Assembly: GCA_963749835.1 (NCBI GenBank)
Contig: CAVVOD010000003.1
Span: forward strand, 257,045-321,044
Length of the DNA stretch: 64,000 bases
Reading direction: 5' to 3'
DNA from: an uncultured Acidobacteriota bacterium
Lineage (GTDB): Bacteria > Acidobacteriota > Vicinamibacteria > Vicinamibacterales > 2-12-FULL-66-21
In this document: piece by piece, positions 1 through 8,835 of the stretch
Layout of the letters: each line of letters begins with the position of its first letter
How positions within the stretch are numbered: the stretch's first letter is position 1
Program-made: the position numbers and the translations under genes
Notes under the pieces: model-generated
What the model saw: only the letters and a program-made list of their open reading frames with translations
Told to the model about the DNA's origin: nothing
The model's database searches: none

Positions 1-439
1 TCACGAGGCCGCCGCCTCTCCGCACGTACGCGTCGAGGTTGGCGCGATCTTCCATGCTCAGATACCCGGCATCCCCTTTGTACATGACGACCACATCAGA
101 GCTCGCAAGCTCCTTCGCTGACGGAAAGTGCAGGCCGCCATCGACAAGCGCATTGCGGTTCATCAGCAGCTTGCTCCAGTCGGCAAGGAACTGCGGATAG
201 TCGTGCTGCCCTTCCGAATGCGTCTTCAACCCGGCATAGATGAACACGCGGAGGGGCGGCGTCGAGAACGGGCTGGGCTGCGGACCGCCGCGGCCCTGCT
301 GCGCGCCCGGGGCCTCGGGCGTCTGTTGGACGGCCCGCGTGGTTCCCGGCTGTGCGGCCGGGGCGGCCGCCTGCCGCGCGATGACGGTCGAACCGGCCAG
401 CGCTGTCACGGCGACGAGCAGAGGAATTCGAATCTTCAT
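1..439 (-). CDS. ThuA-like domain protein, exported; N-terminal part only (3' end lies beyond the window start)
   Basis: Absent from the ORF track because it runs off the window. My translation from ATG (complement of 437-439) gives MKIRIPLLVAVTALAGSTVIARQ (signal peptide) ...LRVFIYAGLKTHSEGQHDYPQFLADWSKLLMNRNALVDGGLHFPS...VVVMYKGDAGYLS, with no stop before position 1. The ThuA assignment is from memory of the family. Confidence 0.5.
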   Translation of the reverse strand, partial: MKIRIPLLVAVTALAGSTVIARQAAAPAAQPGTTRAVQQTPEAPGAQQGRGGPQPSPFSTPPLRVFIYAGLKTHSEGQHDYPQFLADWSKLLMNRNALVDGGLHFPSAKELASSDVVVMYKGDAGYLSMEDRANLDAYVRRGGGLV

Positions 440-456
440 GAACATGTCTCCTGGAT

Positions 457-1905
457 CTATTTACCCTGGCGCGCGCTGGTCGTCTGGGACGTGCGCTTCG
501 AATACGTCTTGCTGAATCCGTTGCGGCTGTTCGTGACGGTGAACGTCCCGTTCTGCTCCGCCGACACCTTGATCCAGTAGGCCGGCGTGTGCGCGGCAGC
601 CGCTCCACCGCCGCGGCCTCCACCCGGCGCGCCGGGCGCTGCCGCCGGCGGTGCCGTGGCTCCGGGTGCGGTGCCAGCCTGAGACGCAGCGCCGGCCTGA
701 GCTGCAGTGCCAGCCTGAGCTGCAGCGCCGGCCTGAGGCGCAGCAGCCGGTGGCGCTGTCGCAGGCGCCGGCGATGCACCGGCAGATGGCGCACCGGCGG
801 ATGGCATAGCGGCGGGCGGCTGGCCAGGCGCAGCGGCAGCCGGAGGGCCACCCGCGCCAGGCGCGCCACCGCGTCCGGGTCCGCCACCTCGCGGCGGCGC
901 AGTGAGTACACCTGCGATGGTCGCGGCATCATCGACGTTCGCAATGAACACGCCCGCGCTGTTCTGTTCAATCCCTGCGCCGTATCCCCAGTGCAGCTGC
1001 CAGATATCCTCGAGCCCCGGCGAGGTCCGCATCGTCGGCATCGCCTGCGCCGCCGCACCCTTCCGGGTGCCGTTCTGCATCACCGCCACCCTCGGCTGCA
1101 CGCCGTGCACGAGCACGGGCGATCCTGACTGATCGATGCCGTGATGCGTCACGAAGTACACGTCCACGGTCCCGACCGGGTTGTTCGGGCACATCAGCTC
1201 GAACTCCTTGTTCCACAGGAGATCGCCGAGATCGATGCTCCGGAACTGACCGAACGTGACGACGCTCCCGACGGACTGCGCGTTCTCCGGGTCGTTCGTA
1301 ATCTCCTTCGGCGTGAACGATGCGCAGAGAGCGTTCGGCTTGCCCCCGCCGGGGAGGGGCGTCTTGAGGGAACCGCCCCCCGCGGTCACGATCCGCCAGT
1401 CGAGGCCTGTGATCGGCACGCGATCACCTGGCTTCACGACCAGGTGCCTGGCTTTGCCGTAGAGGTCCGCATACGCCTGCTGGAACCCTGCGACCTGCTC
1501 ACGCTCTTCGACGGTCGGACCATGATCGATGAACGTCCCGATCGGAATGCGCTTCGCGAGCTCCTGCATCCCGCCGACATGGTCAACGTGGTAATGCGTC
1601 GTCAGCAGGTAGTCGATGCGGGTGACACCGGCATCCGCGATCGCGGCCATGATGCGATCGGTATCGCGTCCACCGGGATTGCCGCTGTCGATGAGCAATG
1701 TCTGGCCCGTCGGGGACACGTAGAGCGCGGCCTTGCCCCCTTCGGTGTCCACGACGTAGACGACCAGCGGCTTCGTGGCCGCCGACGTCGTGGCGCGTCC
1801 CTGCGCGCGCGGAACGGCGGGGAACGCAACCGCCCCCGTAACAGCCAGGATCAGGACTGCGAACGAGCACTTCATGCGGGCCTCTCGGAACGGCGCGCGG
1901 AACAT
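457..1905 (-). CDS. MBL-fold metallo-hydrolase, secreted, with a long Ala/Pro/Gly linker and a small C-terminal domain
   Basis: 482-aa ORF. Signal peptide MKCSFAVLILAVTGAVAFPAVPRAQG and MBL motif LLTTHYHVDHVGG. A ~110-aa low-complexity tract includes GGGPGRGG and GGGRGGG. Confidence 0.85.
   Translation of the reverse strand: MFRAPFREARMKCSFAVLILAVTGAVAFPAVPRAQGRATTSAATKPLVVYVVDTEGGKAALYVSPTGQTLLIDSGNPGGRDTDRIMAAIADAGVTRIDYLLTTHYHVDHVGGMQELAKRIPIGTFIDHGPTVEEREQVAGFQQAYADLYGKARHLVVKPGDRVPITGLDWRIVTAGGGSLKTPLPGGGKPNALCASFTPKEITNDPENAQSVGSVVTFGQFRSIDLGDLLWNKEFELMCPNNPVGTVDVYFVTHHGIDQSGSPVLVHGVQPRVAVMQNGTRKGAAAQAMPTMRTSPGLEDIWQLHWGYGAGIEQNSAGVFIANVDDAATIAGVLTAPPRGGGPGRGGAPGAGGPPAAAAPGQPPAAMPSAGAPSAGASPAPATAPPAAAPQAGAAAQAGTAAQAGAASQAGTAPGATAPPAAAPGAPGGGRGGGAAAAHTPAYWIKVSAEQNGTFTVTNSRNGFSKTYSKRTSQTTSARQGK
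673..744. repeat. In-frame 18-nt tandem repeat x4 inside the MBL linker
   Basis: Units are gccagcctgagacgcagc / gccggcctgagctgcagt / gccagcctgagctgcagc / gccggcctgaggcgcagc. On the minus strand they encode the AAQAG(T/A)-type repeats. Confidence 0.8.
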
Positions 1906-2346
1906 CTACTTGATGGCCGAGAAATCGGCGGGGCTGAGGAACACGGATTCGACCTTCGTCGTCAGCGGACCGTCCTTCTCGGAGTCCGCCTTCGCCTTGA
2001 CCCAGTCCGGATCCGCGCGGAACGTAGCCCAGCTCTTCGCCGCCGCTTCACGGCTCGGGTGCGCAAGGAGATAGATGAGAGTGTTGTCGGCAAGTGGCTT
2101 GTCCAGCGGCACCCAGTAGCCGACGTTCGTCATGCCGGTCTTCTCGAACAGCTTGAGCGTGTGGTCACGAAAGCGCGCCTTCAACGCGTCGAGCTTTCCC
2201 GGAGGTGTCGTATAAGTGCGCATCTCGAACACGCGATCGGCCGCCGCGTGCAGCGTCACCTGCGGAGCAAATGCGCCGCGCAGGGCAAAGCCTGCCGCGA
2301 ACGCCGCGACGACGATGAGAATCACAGAGATTCGGTTCAAAGACAT
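1906..2346 (-). CDS. NIPSNAP family protein with an N-terminal membrane anchor/signal
   Basis: The track ORF is 1906..2562. I trimmed it to ATG at complement of 2344-2346, which is preceded by a GGAGGAG SD on the minus strand. Sequence: MSLNRISVILIVVAAFAAGFAL...RVFEMRTYTTPPGKLDALKARFRDHTLKLFEKTGMTNVGYWVP. The extra N-terminus of the longer ORF is Arg-rich junk. Confidence 0.75.
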   Translation of the reverse strand: MSLNRISVILIVVAAFAAGFALRGAFAPQVTLHAAADRVFEMRTYTTPPGKLDALKARFRDHTLKLFEKTGMTNVGYWVPLDKPLADNTLIYLLAHPSREAAAKSWATFRADPDWVKAKADSEKDGPLTTKVESVFLSPADFSAIK

Positions 2347-2491
2347 TCTTCTCCTCCAATGTGAAGTGCTGGTTGATTTCGTGGTGCGGTCAGCGCGCCG
2401 AGTCCCCCGCCTACGCCGCGAAGCGGCTACGGCGCGGCCTCGCCATAGCTCGCCTCCATCGCCCCGCGAGCGGAGGCGGGCGAGTCCCGAG

Positions 2492-3280
2492 TTATCGCGC
2501 AATCCATCCGCCATCGACGACAATCGACGTGCCCGTGACGTACGACGAGGCGCCCGACGCAAGAAAAACGACGGCGCCGGTCAGCTCGTCGACCTCTCCC
2601 CAGCGGCCCATCGGAATCTGCGCGACGAACTCCTTGTACTTCACTGGATCGTCGAGCAGCTGCCGGTTCATCTCGGTGGCAAAGGCGCCAGGGCAGATGG
2701 CGTTCGCGGTGACCCCGGTGCCCGCCCATTCGAGCGCAAGCACACGCGTCAGGTTGACGATGCCGGCCTTGGACGCGGCATAGGGTGCGCGCCCCGGCAG
2801 CGCGATGAAGCCCAGCACGGAGCCGAGGTTCACGACACGTCCCCACCCGCGCTCCACCATGCCCGGACCGAAGGCGCGGGCACACAGGAACGGCCCCTTG
2901 AGGTTCGTGTCGATTACCGCGTCCCAGTCCGCCTCGGTCAGCTGCTGAATGGGTCCGCGGATGTTGATCCCGGCGTTGTTCACGAGAATGTCGACCGGGC
3001 CGAGCTCCGCCTCGACCTCCGTCTTCAGCCGCTCGACGTCGGCCAGCTTGGTGACGTCCGCAGCAAAGCCCCGCGCCCGACGACCGGTCGCTGCGGTGAT
3101 TTTCCCGGCAGCTTCCCGGCACGCTTCGACCGAGCGCCCCGACAGCGCTACGTCGGCCCCGGCTTCCGCCAGCGCCGTGGCCATCGTGAGCCCGAGCCCG
3201 CGCGCCCCTCCCGTCACGAGCGCAATCTTTCCTTCGATTCGAAAACTGTCAAGAACGTTAATGTGTGGCATATCTCTCAT
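2492..3280 (-). CDS. SDR-family oxidoreductase (gluconate 5-dehydrogenase / 3-oxoacyl reductase-like)
   Basis: 262 aa. Contains the Rossmann motif [16 protein letters not shown], and the catalytic motif YAASKAG. Confidence 0.9.
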   Translation of the reverse strand: MRDMPHINVLDSFRIEGKIALVTGGARGLGLTMATALAEAGADVALSGRSVEACREAAGKITAATGRRARGFAADVTKLADVERLKTEVEAELGPVDILVNNAGINIRGPIQQLTEADWDAVIDTNLKGPFLCARAFGPGMVERGWGRVVNLGSVLGFIALPGRAPYAASKAGIVNLTRVLALEWAGTGVTANAICPGAFATEMNRQLLDDPVKYKEFVAQIPMGRWGEVDELTGAVVFLASGASSYVTGTSIVVDGGWIAR

Positions 3281-3301
3281 CAGCTGTCAGCTGTCAGCTC
3301 T
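3281..3301. repeat. Heptamer tandem repeat CAGCTGT x3
   Basis: cagctgt cagctgt cagctct. It abuts the SDR start codon and lies between the SDR and mutarotase genes. Confidence 0.7.
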
Positions 3302-3334
3302 TAGCCTTTCAAGTTCTGATGTCTGAGCGCTCGC

Positions 3335-4477
3335 TCAGAACCCCGACGGTCGTACCCAGAAGCTCTCCTGCCAGGCGCCGCCCGGAGGAATGCTCTGCAG
3401 CTCCTTGTAGAGTCCCGTGTGCGCCAGGTTCATCGCGTTGGTGATCCCGGCCATCGGTTCGAAACAGATGTAATTCCGATTCTGATCGCCGTTGCTCCGG
3501 CCCCGTCCGCCTGCCGCCGCCGGCGGCCCGCCTGCAGGCGGAGCCGCTGCCGGTTTGGGCGCGTAAATCACGACCGAACGGTAGTTCGGTCCGAGCAGGA
3601 CGTCCAGCCGCTGCGACTTCCCTTTCAGGCTCATGACCGCACGGCCCGTCTCGTCGCGCACGAGATCTCCGAAGACGTGATCGAGGTCGAAGTCCTTCAG
3701 GAGAATGGCGTGAGGATCCGGCAGCAGCTTTTCGATCGGCTCCGTCTCACCGGTCGGGACCTTGTTCGCCGCCAGCAGCCATTGCGTCTTCGCGCCGATC
3801 GACACGGTCCAGTCCTCGCGCTTCGAATCCGTCAGCTGAAAATACGGGTGAAACCCAATCGCGACGGGCATTGGATCGGTGCTCAGGTTGACGATTCTTG
3901 TTGTGACCTGCAGCACGCCGTTCTGGAGCCGGTACGTCATGTCGATCGTGTGGGCGAACGGAAACTGTTTGATCCAGGCGGGATTCTTGTAGAAGTCGAG
4001 CCGGCTCGTCATCCACGCGCTCTTCCCGTCGGACTTCACCTCGGTGACCTGCCACAGGTTGGTGGTCGTCACGAATCCGTGAATCGGTATCGTGCCTCTG
4101 ACGTTGCCAAGCTGCATGTCGAACGCATAGCGCTGGCCGTTGGCATAGAACGCCTGTTCATCGAGCCGATTCGCCCAGGGTCCCAGAAACGGAATCCCGT
4201 TGAAGCCGCCCGCCCCTTTCGCCTTGAAGGCCTCAACCGATTCGAACGGGAAATACAGAACGTTCTGCCCCTTCACTTTCATCTCGAATGCCTTGTTGCC
4301 GGACGACGGGATGATGGACACGACCGTTTGTGCTTTCGTGTCCTCGAGCCGTACGACATCGCCTTCGCGCACCGCGCGATACGCAGGCGCCGCGACAGCC
4401 TCGGCGCCGCCAGCCATGAGGGATACCGCCAGCGCGAGACGTATCAGGTTGAGTGGCACTGATGTCTGTCCTTCCAC
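3335..4477 (-). CDS. Aldose 1-epimerase (mutarotase) family protein, exported
   Basis: 380 aa. Signal-like N-terminus LALAVSLMAGGAEAVAAP. Family-like segments IPFLGPWANRL, IPIHGF and GFHPYFQL. Contains a PAAAPPAGGPPAAAGGRGRS insert. Confidence 0.85.
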   Translation of the reverse strand: MEGQTSVPLNLIRLALAVSLMAGGAEAVAAPAYRAVREGDVVRLEDTKAQTVVSIIPSSGNKAFEMKVKGQNVLYFPFESVEAFKAKGAGGFNGIPFLGPWANRLDEQAFYANGQRYAFDMQLGNVRGTIPIHGFVTTTNLWQVTEVKSDGKSAWMTSRLDFYKNPAWIKQFPFAHTIDMTYRLQNGVLQVTTRIVNLSTDPMPVAIGFHPYFQLTDSKREDWTVSIGAKTQWLLAANKVPTGETEPIEKLLPDPHAILLKDFDLDHVFGDLVRDETGRAVMSLKGKSQRLDVLLGPNYRSVVIYAPKPAAAPPAGGPPAAAGGRGRSNGDQNRNYICFEPMAGITNAMNLAHTGLYKELQSIPPGGAWQESFWVRPSGF

Positions 4478-4480
4478 CCG

Positions 4481-7114
4481 TTACTGCACCCCACGGCCCG
4501 CGCCCCCACGGCCACGAATCGCCTGCAGCTCCGTGTCCGTCCATGGGCGCGTCCGCGTTTTCGTCATTCCGCGGATCTCCAGGACATCTTCCGCCTCGAC
4601 GGGCGACCCAGTATGCGCCCACTCCCGGCGGATGTACGTCAGGACGGACGCAATCTGCTCGTCATTGAGCGCGCTCCCCAGGGGGGGCATCAAACCGATG
4701 GTCCCCTCTTTGCCGGCAAGCAGCACGCGGGCGGCGGCCCCCGCATCGGGAGCCGTCACGTAGCGTGAGTTCACGAGACTCGGCGCGATCTTCTCTTTTC
4801 CCATGCCGTCCGGCTGGTGGCAACCGACGCAGAGGCTCTTATAGATGTCGGAGCCCGCATCATAGCGCCGCTGCTGCTCTGCGTTCAGTGGAACGGCGGC
4901 CGTCACCACCGCTGCAGGTTTGCCGGTCCAGTCCAGCTTCGCAGCCACGCGCTTCGCCACGCTTCCGGTCTCGTCGTTCACCGCAGCCAGCCGCGTAAGC
5001 TCGAGTGGCTCGGCCGGAAGCGCGACGAGCTTGACGGGCTGCGCGACACCGCGGCCTCCGCCACGCCCTCCGCGTCCGCCGCCCGCAGCGGGAAGGCCGG
5101 TGTCCAGCCCCTGCAGAAGTGCACTCCGCTGCCACGCGGGCGTCGCCTCATCGCCGGCGCGCGCCAGCAGGCGCTGCACCGACGGAACGATCGCGCTCTT
5201 CGCAACGGCGGCTGCCAGCATCGTCACGGCGTCAGCCTCGCCCGCGGCGGGATGCGACTGCAGCACGCGCTCGAGCACGTCTCCTTCCGCGCCCCGCAGC
5301 CCGCTGATTGTGGCATCCACCACAATCTCGTCGCTGCCGTAACGCGAGAGCAGGGTCACGGCAGGCTCGGTCCGCGCGGCCTGCGGCAGTTCACCCAGGC
5401 TCGCTCCAAGCTGGCGCCGCACGGTCCAGGACGGATCGTCCATCAGCTTGAGCACCCCTGCCGTCAGCGGGGCAGTGCCCTCGCGCAGCCAGCGTTCCGA
5501 CAGCCGAATCGCCGCGGCCCGCACGTCAGCGGATTTGTCGCCGAGCGACTTCTGCACGCTCGGCGCGTCGAGCGCGTCGAGGCCGTCCAGCGTCCACAGC
5601 GCGTGCAGCTTGACCCGCCAGTCGGACGTCTGTCCAAGGAGCTTCGTCAGGAGCGGCGTGGCCTCCTTCGCATAGCGCTCGACGATCAGCTGCTGCGCCG
5701 TGTCGCGCCACCAGCCGTTCGGATGCGACAGCGTCTGCACCAGCTGCGCGGTCGTCGCCTTCGAGAGTGCCGGCGCCCGATCGCGCCGCGTCGTATCGTG
5801 GACGATGCGCCAGATGCGGCCGTGCCCGATCGGCTGCTGGAGGTCTCCCGCTTTGATGTAATCCCGCAGATAGTCCGTCCAGTAGATGGCCTCCTGGACA
5901 ACCCCTCGATACATGTCGACGACGTACAGCGTCCCGTCGGGACCTCCGAGCAGGTTCACGGGCCGGAAACGCTCGTCCCATGACGCGAGGATCTCACCCT
6001 TCTTATAGCCGTCCACGGCGGTGAGACGGCCCGCGCCATCGTCCACCACCTTGTATCGATGCACGAGATTCGTCGTCGAGTCCGTAATGAACGCGTCGCC
6101 GTAGAGCTCCTTCGGCAACCGGTCTCCGCGATAGATGACGGGAGTGCCGACGCCCTGAATCGTGACCGAGCTGTCGTCGGGCCGGAAGAACTGATCGCGA
6201 TATCCACGATTCACGCCGCGCGTCGCCCGGATCGGCCAGATCGTCGAGGCCTCGCGCGAGATGAGTGGATCGTACAAACCGCGCGTGCGCGCCAGGTTCG
6301 GGTTCCGTGAGTAGTACCGTGCGGCCACGAAATCGACGAACAGCGGCGCGTCGTTCACATTCCGGTAGATCCGGCCCGCGTCGTCCTGTGTGGCGCCCCA
6401 CTGGCCGCGGCTGAGCGTCGGCTGCGTTTCGAACTTGCCGTCCTTCAGGCGGAGGTGCCAGTCGTGCTCGGACGTGTAGATCGTGTTGTCGAGTCCCCAG
6501 AACAGGCTGTTCGCGTTGTGCTCGATGCTCGCTTCCCCGCGTCCGTAGGTGTTGTTGACCAGTTCCCTGGTGTCAGCCTTGAGATCGCCGTCCGTGTCTT
6601 TCATGAGCCACAGGTTCGGCGGCTCGCCGACGAGGACGCCTTGATCGAGCACCTTCAGCGACCGGGGCAGCACCAGCTTGTCGGCAAACACCGTCCGTGT
6701 GTCCATCACGCCGTCGCCGTTCTTGTCCTCGAGGACGATCACGTTGTTGATCGGCTCGCGCAGATTCATCGCGTTCGCGCCGGCCATGAACCCCGGCATC
6801 TCCAGCACCCAGAGCCGTCCGTCCGCGTCGAAATCGATCGCAATCGGATCCATCACGAGCGGCTCTTTCGCGACGAGCTCCGCATGGTATCCGGGCGGCA
6901 GCGAGAACGTCTTCAACTCCTCCTCTGCTGTCAGCACGGGGGCTTTCGTGGGCGTCTTCCGGACGGGCGGAGGCCACGGTCCGCGCTGCGATCTTGCCCC
7001 GGCGGATCCTGACGCGGGCCGCGAGGCGCGGGCCTGGAACGCGTGCACGACGCCAATCGACGCAACCGCGAGGACAACGAGGCCGGCAGCGACACGGGGC
7101 TTGAGCAAGGGCAT
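4481..7114 (-). CDS. PVC-type haem-binding CxxCH protein with a membrane-bound-dehydrogenase-like N-domain and HEAT-like repeats (paralog 1, no discoidin tail)
   Basis: 877 aa with a signal peptide. N-domain LKTFSLPPGYHAELVAKEPLVMDPIAIDFDADGRLWVLEMPGFM. Also HPNGWWRDTAQQLIV, helical repeats, and a C-terminal cytochrome c motif CVGCHQPDGMG. Contains a GGGRGGRGGGRG insert and an RGRGGAGRG C-terminus. Confidence 0.85.
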   Translation of the reverse strand: MPLLKPRVAAGLVVLAVASIGVVHAFQARASRPASGSAGARSQRGPWPPPVRKTPTKAPVLTAEEELKTFSLPPGYHAELVAKEPLVMDPIAIDFDADGRLWVLEMPGFMAGANAMNLREPINNVIVLEDKNGDGVMDTRTVFADKLVLPRSLKVLDQGVLVGEPPNLWLMKDTDGDLKADTRELVNNTYGRGEASIEHNANSLFWGLDNTIYTSEHDWHLRLKDGKFETQPTLSRGQWGATQDDAGRIYRNVNDAPLFVDFVAARYYSRNPNLARTRGLYDPLISREASTIWPIRATRGVNRGYRDQFFRPDDSSVTIQGVGTPVIYRGDRLPKELYGDAFITDSTTNLVHRYKVVDDGAGRLTAVDGYKKGEILASWDERFRPVNLLGGPDGTLYVVDMYRGVVQEAIYWTDYLRDYIKAGDLQQPIGHGRIWRIVHDTTRRDRAPALSKATTAQLVQTLSHPNGWWRDTAQQLIVERYAKEATPLLTKLLGQTSDWRVKLHALWTLDGLDALDAPSVQKSLGDKSADVRAAAIRLSERWLREGTAPLTAGVLKLMDDPSWTVRRQLGASLGELPQAARTEPAVTLLSRYGSDEIVVDATISGLRGAEGDVLERVLQSHPAAGEADAVTMLAAAVAKSAIVPSVQRLLARAGDEATPAWQRSALLQGLDTGLPAAGGGRGGRGGGRGVAQPVKLVALPAEPLELTRLAAVNDETGSVAKRVAAKLDWTGKPAAVVTAAVPLNAEQQRRYDAGSDIYKSLCVGCHQPDGMGKEKIAPSLVNSRYVTAPDAGAAARVLLAGKEGTIGLMPPLGSALNDEQIASVLTYIRREWAHTGSPVEAEDVLEIRGMTKTRTRPWTDTELQAIRGRGGAGRGVQ

Positions 7115-7178
7115 GGTGACTTGATCTGGCTGCGCATGGGCCGGGCCTGCGATCGAGCAGGCTCGGTCTCGTGGATAT

Positions 7179-8795
7179 CTACTGCACGGGAATCAGGCGT
7201 GCCACCACGCCGGGTGTCGACTGTGACAGGCTCTGGCCGGGCAACTGCATCGTCACGTACAGATATCCGTCGGGCCCGACGATGACGTCGCGGATACGGC
7301 CGAATTGATTGAAGAGCACTTCCTGGTGCGTGACTTTGTCGCCGGAAATCTCGAGACGCCGGAGCTGCTGGCCGGCGAGCCCGCCGACGAAGAGATTGTT
7401 CTTCCATCCGGGATACTTCGTGCCGGAATAGAACGCCATGCCGCCCGGTGCGATCGTCGGCGTGTAGTACACGACCGGCGGGTCCATGCCTTCCTGGGCC
7501 CGCTTGGTGATGCCGGGCTGAAGCCCCATGGTGACGACACCCCAGCCGTAGTTGTGGCCCGGCTCGATGATGTTGATCTCGTCGCCCCCCTGGGGTCCGT
7601 GCTCGGACTCCCACAGCTTGCCGCTGACGGGATCCCACGCAAGCCCCTGCGGATGCCGATGCCCGTAGCTCCAGATCGACGCCACGGCGCCCGCGCGATT
7701 GACGAACGGGTTGTCCTTCGGAACCGTGCCGTCGTCATTGACGCGATGGATCTTGCCGAGCGGATCACCGAGATCCTGGGCGTGCGTCATGTCGTTCTTC
7801 TCGCCGAGCGTGTAGAACAGGTGCCCCTCCTTGTCGAATGTGAAGCGCGACCCGTAGTGCGCGTTCGTCGAGGAGTACAGCTCCGGCTTGGCGCGGAAGA
7901 GGACCTGCTGGTCCGTCCACTCGTTGTTCTTGCTGATCTTGCCGCGCACGATGACCGTCATCGACGGCGGATCGGGAGGGCCGCCACGGCCTCGTCCACC
8001 CTGCGGAGCGGCGGCAGGCGCGGGAGGCGCTGCGGGATCGACCGGCGCGGGGGGGGGCGGCGCGTAGCCGGGCAGCGTCTCGGAGTAGGAGAGATAGATC
8101 CAGCCGTTGCGTGCGTACTGCGGGTGGACCTCGACGTCGAGCAGCCCGCCGTCCTGCTTCTCCCAGACCTTTGGTGTCCCCTTCACCGCGTCCGGCAGCA
8201 TGGCGCCCTTTTCGATGATGCGGAGGCGGCCCGGTCGCTCCGTCACGAGCAGACGGCCATCGGGCAGAAAGGCCAGGCCCCACGGCGTCTCGACATTGCG
8301 CGCGACGATATCGATCTTGAACGTCTGCTTTTCGGTCTTGATGATCTGACCGTTCGGATCGGCCACGTACTGCGGCTTTTCCTTCAGGTTCGCCCCCTGC
8401 ATGCGCAGGTAGGTGACGAGCTGCCAGATCTGCGGCTCGGTCAGCGCGGACTTGAACGCCACCATTTCCGTATTGGGGATGCCGTCGGCGATGATGGCGG
8501 CAATCGACTCATCGTCGGTCGCGCGAGTCCACTTGTCGTCGAAGAGCGTCGGGATCCTGCCACCCTCGAGTCCCGTGCCGTGGCAGCCGGCGCAGGTTTC
8601 GGTATAAAGGGTCGCGGCCGGGTTCCCGCGTCCACCGCCGCGCCCCGAAGGGGCTGCACGCGTCGGTTCGCTGGATGCCGGAGCGGCTGCCGTCGGATTC
8701 TGGGAAGGCGCCGCGGGCGCCTGCGCGAGAGCTGTCAACGTGGCGGCTAGAGTGCCGACGCCGAGAATTCCAGCCGCTGCGAGAAGTCGTTTCAC
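7179..8795 (-). CDS. Cytochrome c domain fused to a PQQ-dependent (soluble aldose/sorbosone-type) sugar dehydrogenase beta-propeller
   Basis: 538 aa with a signal peptide. N-terminal haem motif CAGCHGTG. Propeller segments PWGLAFLPDGRLLVTERPGRL, YGHRHPQGLAWDP and GPQGGDEINIIEPGHNYGWG. Confidence 0.85.
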   Translation of the reverse strand: MKRLLAAAGILGVGTLAATLTALAQAPAAPSQNPTAAAPASSEPTRAAPSGRGGGRGNPAATLYTETCAGCHGTGLEGGRIPTLFDDKWTRATDDESIAAIIADGIPNTEMVAFKSALTEPQIWQLVTYLRMQGANLKEKPQYVADPNGQIIKTEKQTFKIDIVARNVETPWGLAFLPDGRLLVTERPGRLRIIEKGAMLPDAVKGTPKVWEKQDGGLLDVEVHPQYARNGWIYLSYSETLPGYAPPPPAPVDPAAPPAPAAAPQGGRGRGGPPDPPSMTVIVRGKISKNNEWTDQQVLFRAKPELYSSTNAHYGSRFTFDKEGHLFYTLGEKNDMTHAQDLGDPLGKIHRVNDDGTVPKDNPFVNRAGAVASIWSYGHRHPQGLAWDPVSGKLWESEHGPQGGDEINIIEPGHNYGWGVVTMGLQPGITKRAQEGMDPPVVYYTPTIAPGGMAFYSGTKYPGWKNNLFVGGLAGQQLRRLEISGDKVTHQEVLFNQFGRIRDVIVGPDGYLYVTMQLPGQSLSQSTPGVVARLIPVQ

Positions 8796-8809
8796 TGAGG
8801 TTCCTTATG

Positions 8810-8835
8810 GCTGACAGCTGTTAGCTGTCGGCCGA
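8810..8835. repeat. Heptamer tandem repeat GCTGNNN (about 4 units)
   Basis: gctgaca gctgtta gctgtcg gccga. It lies between the stop of paralog 2 and the start of the PQQ dehydrogenase gene. Confidence 0.6.

Noticed and set aside
96-1058. 320-aa minus-strand ORF overlapping the ThuA-like and MBL genes
   Set aside because: It is Arg-rich nonsense (MRRRRRCRRCGPRRG...). It is out of frame with two ORFs that have signal peptides and family motifs.
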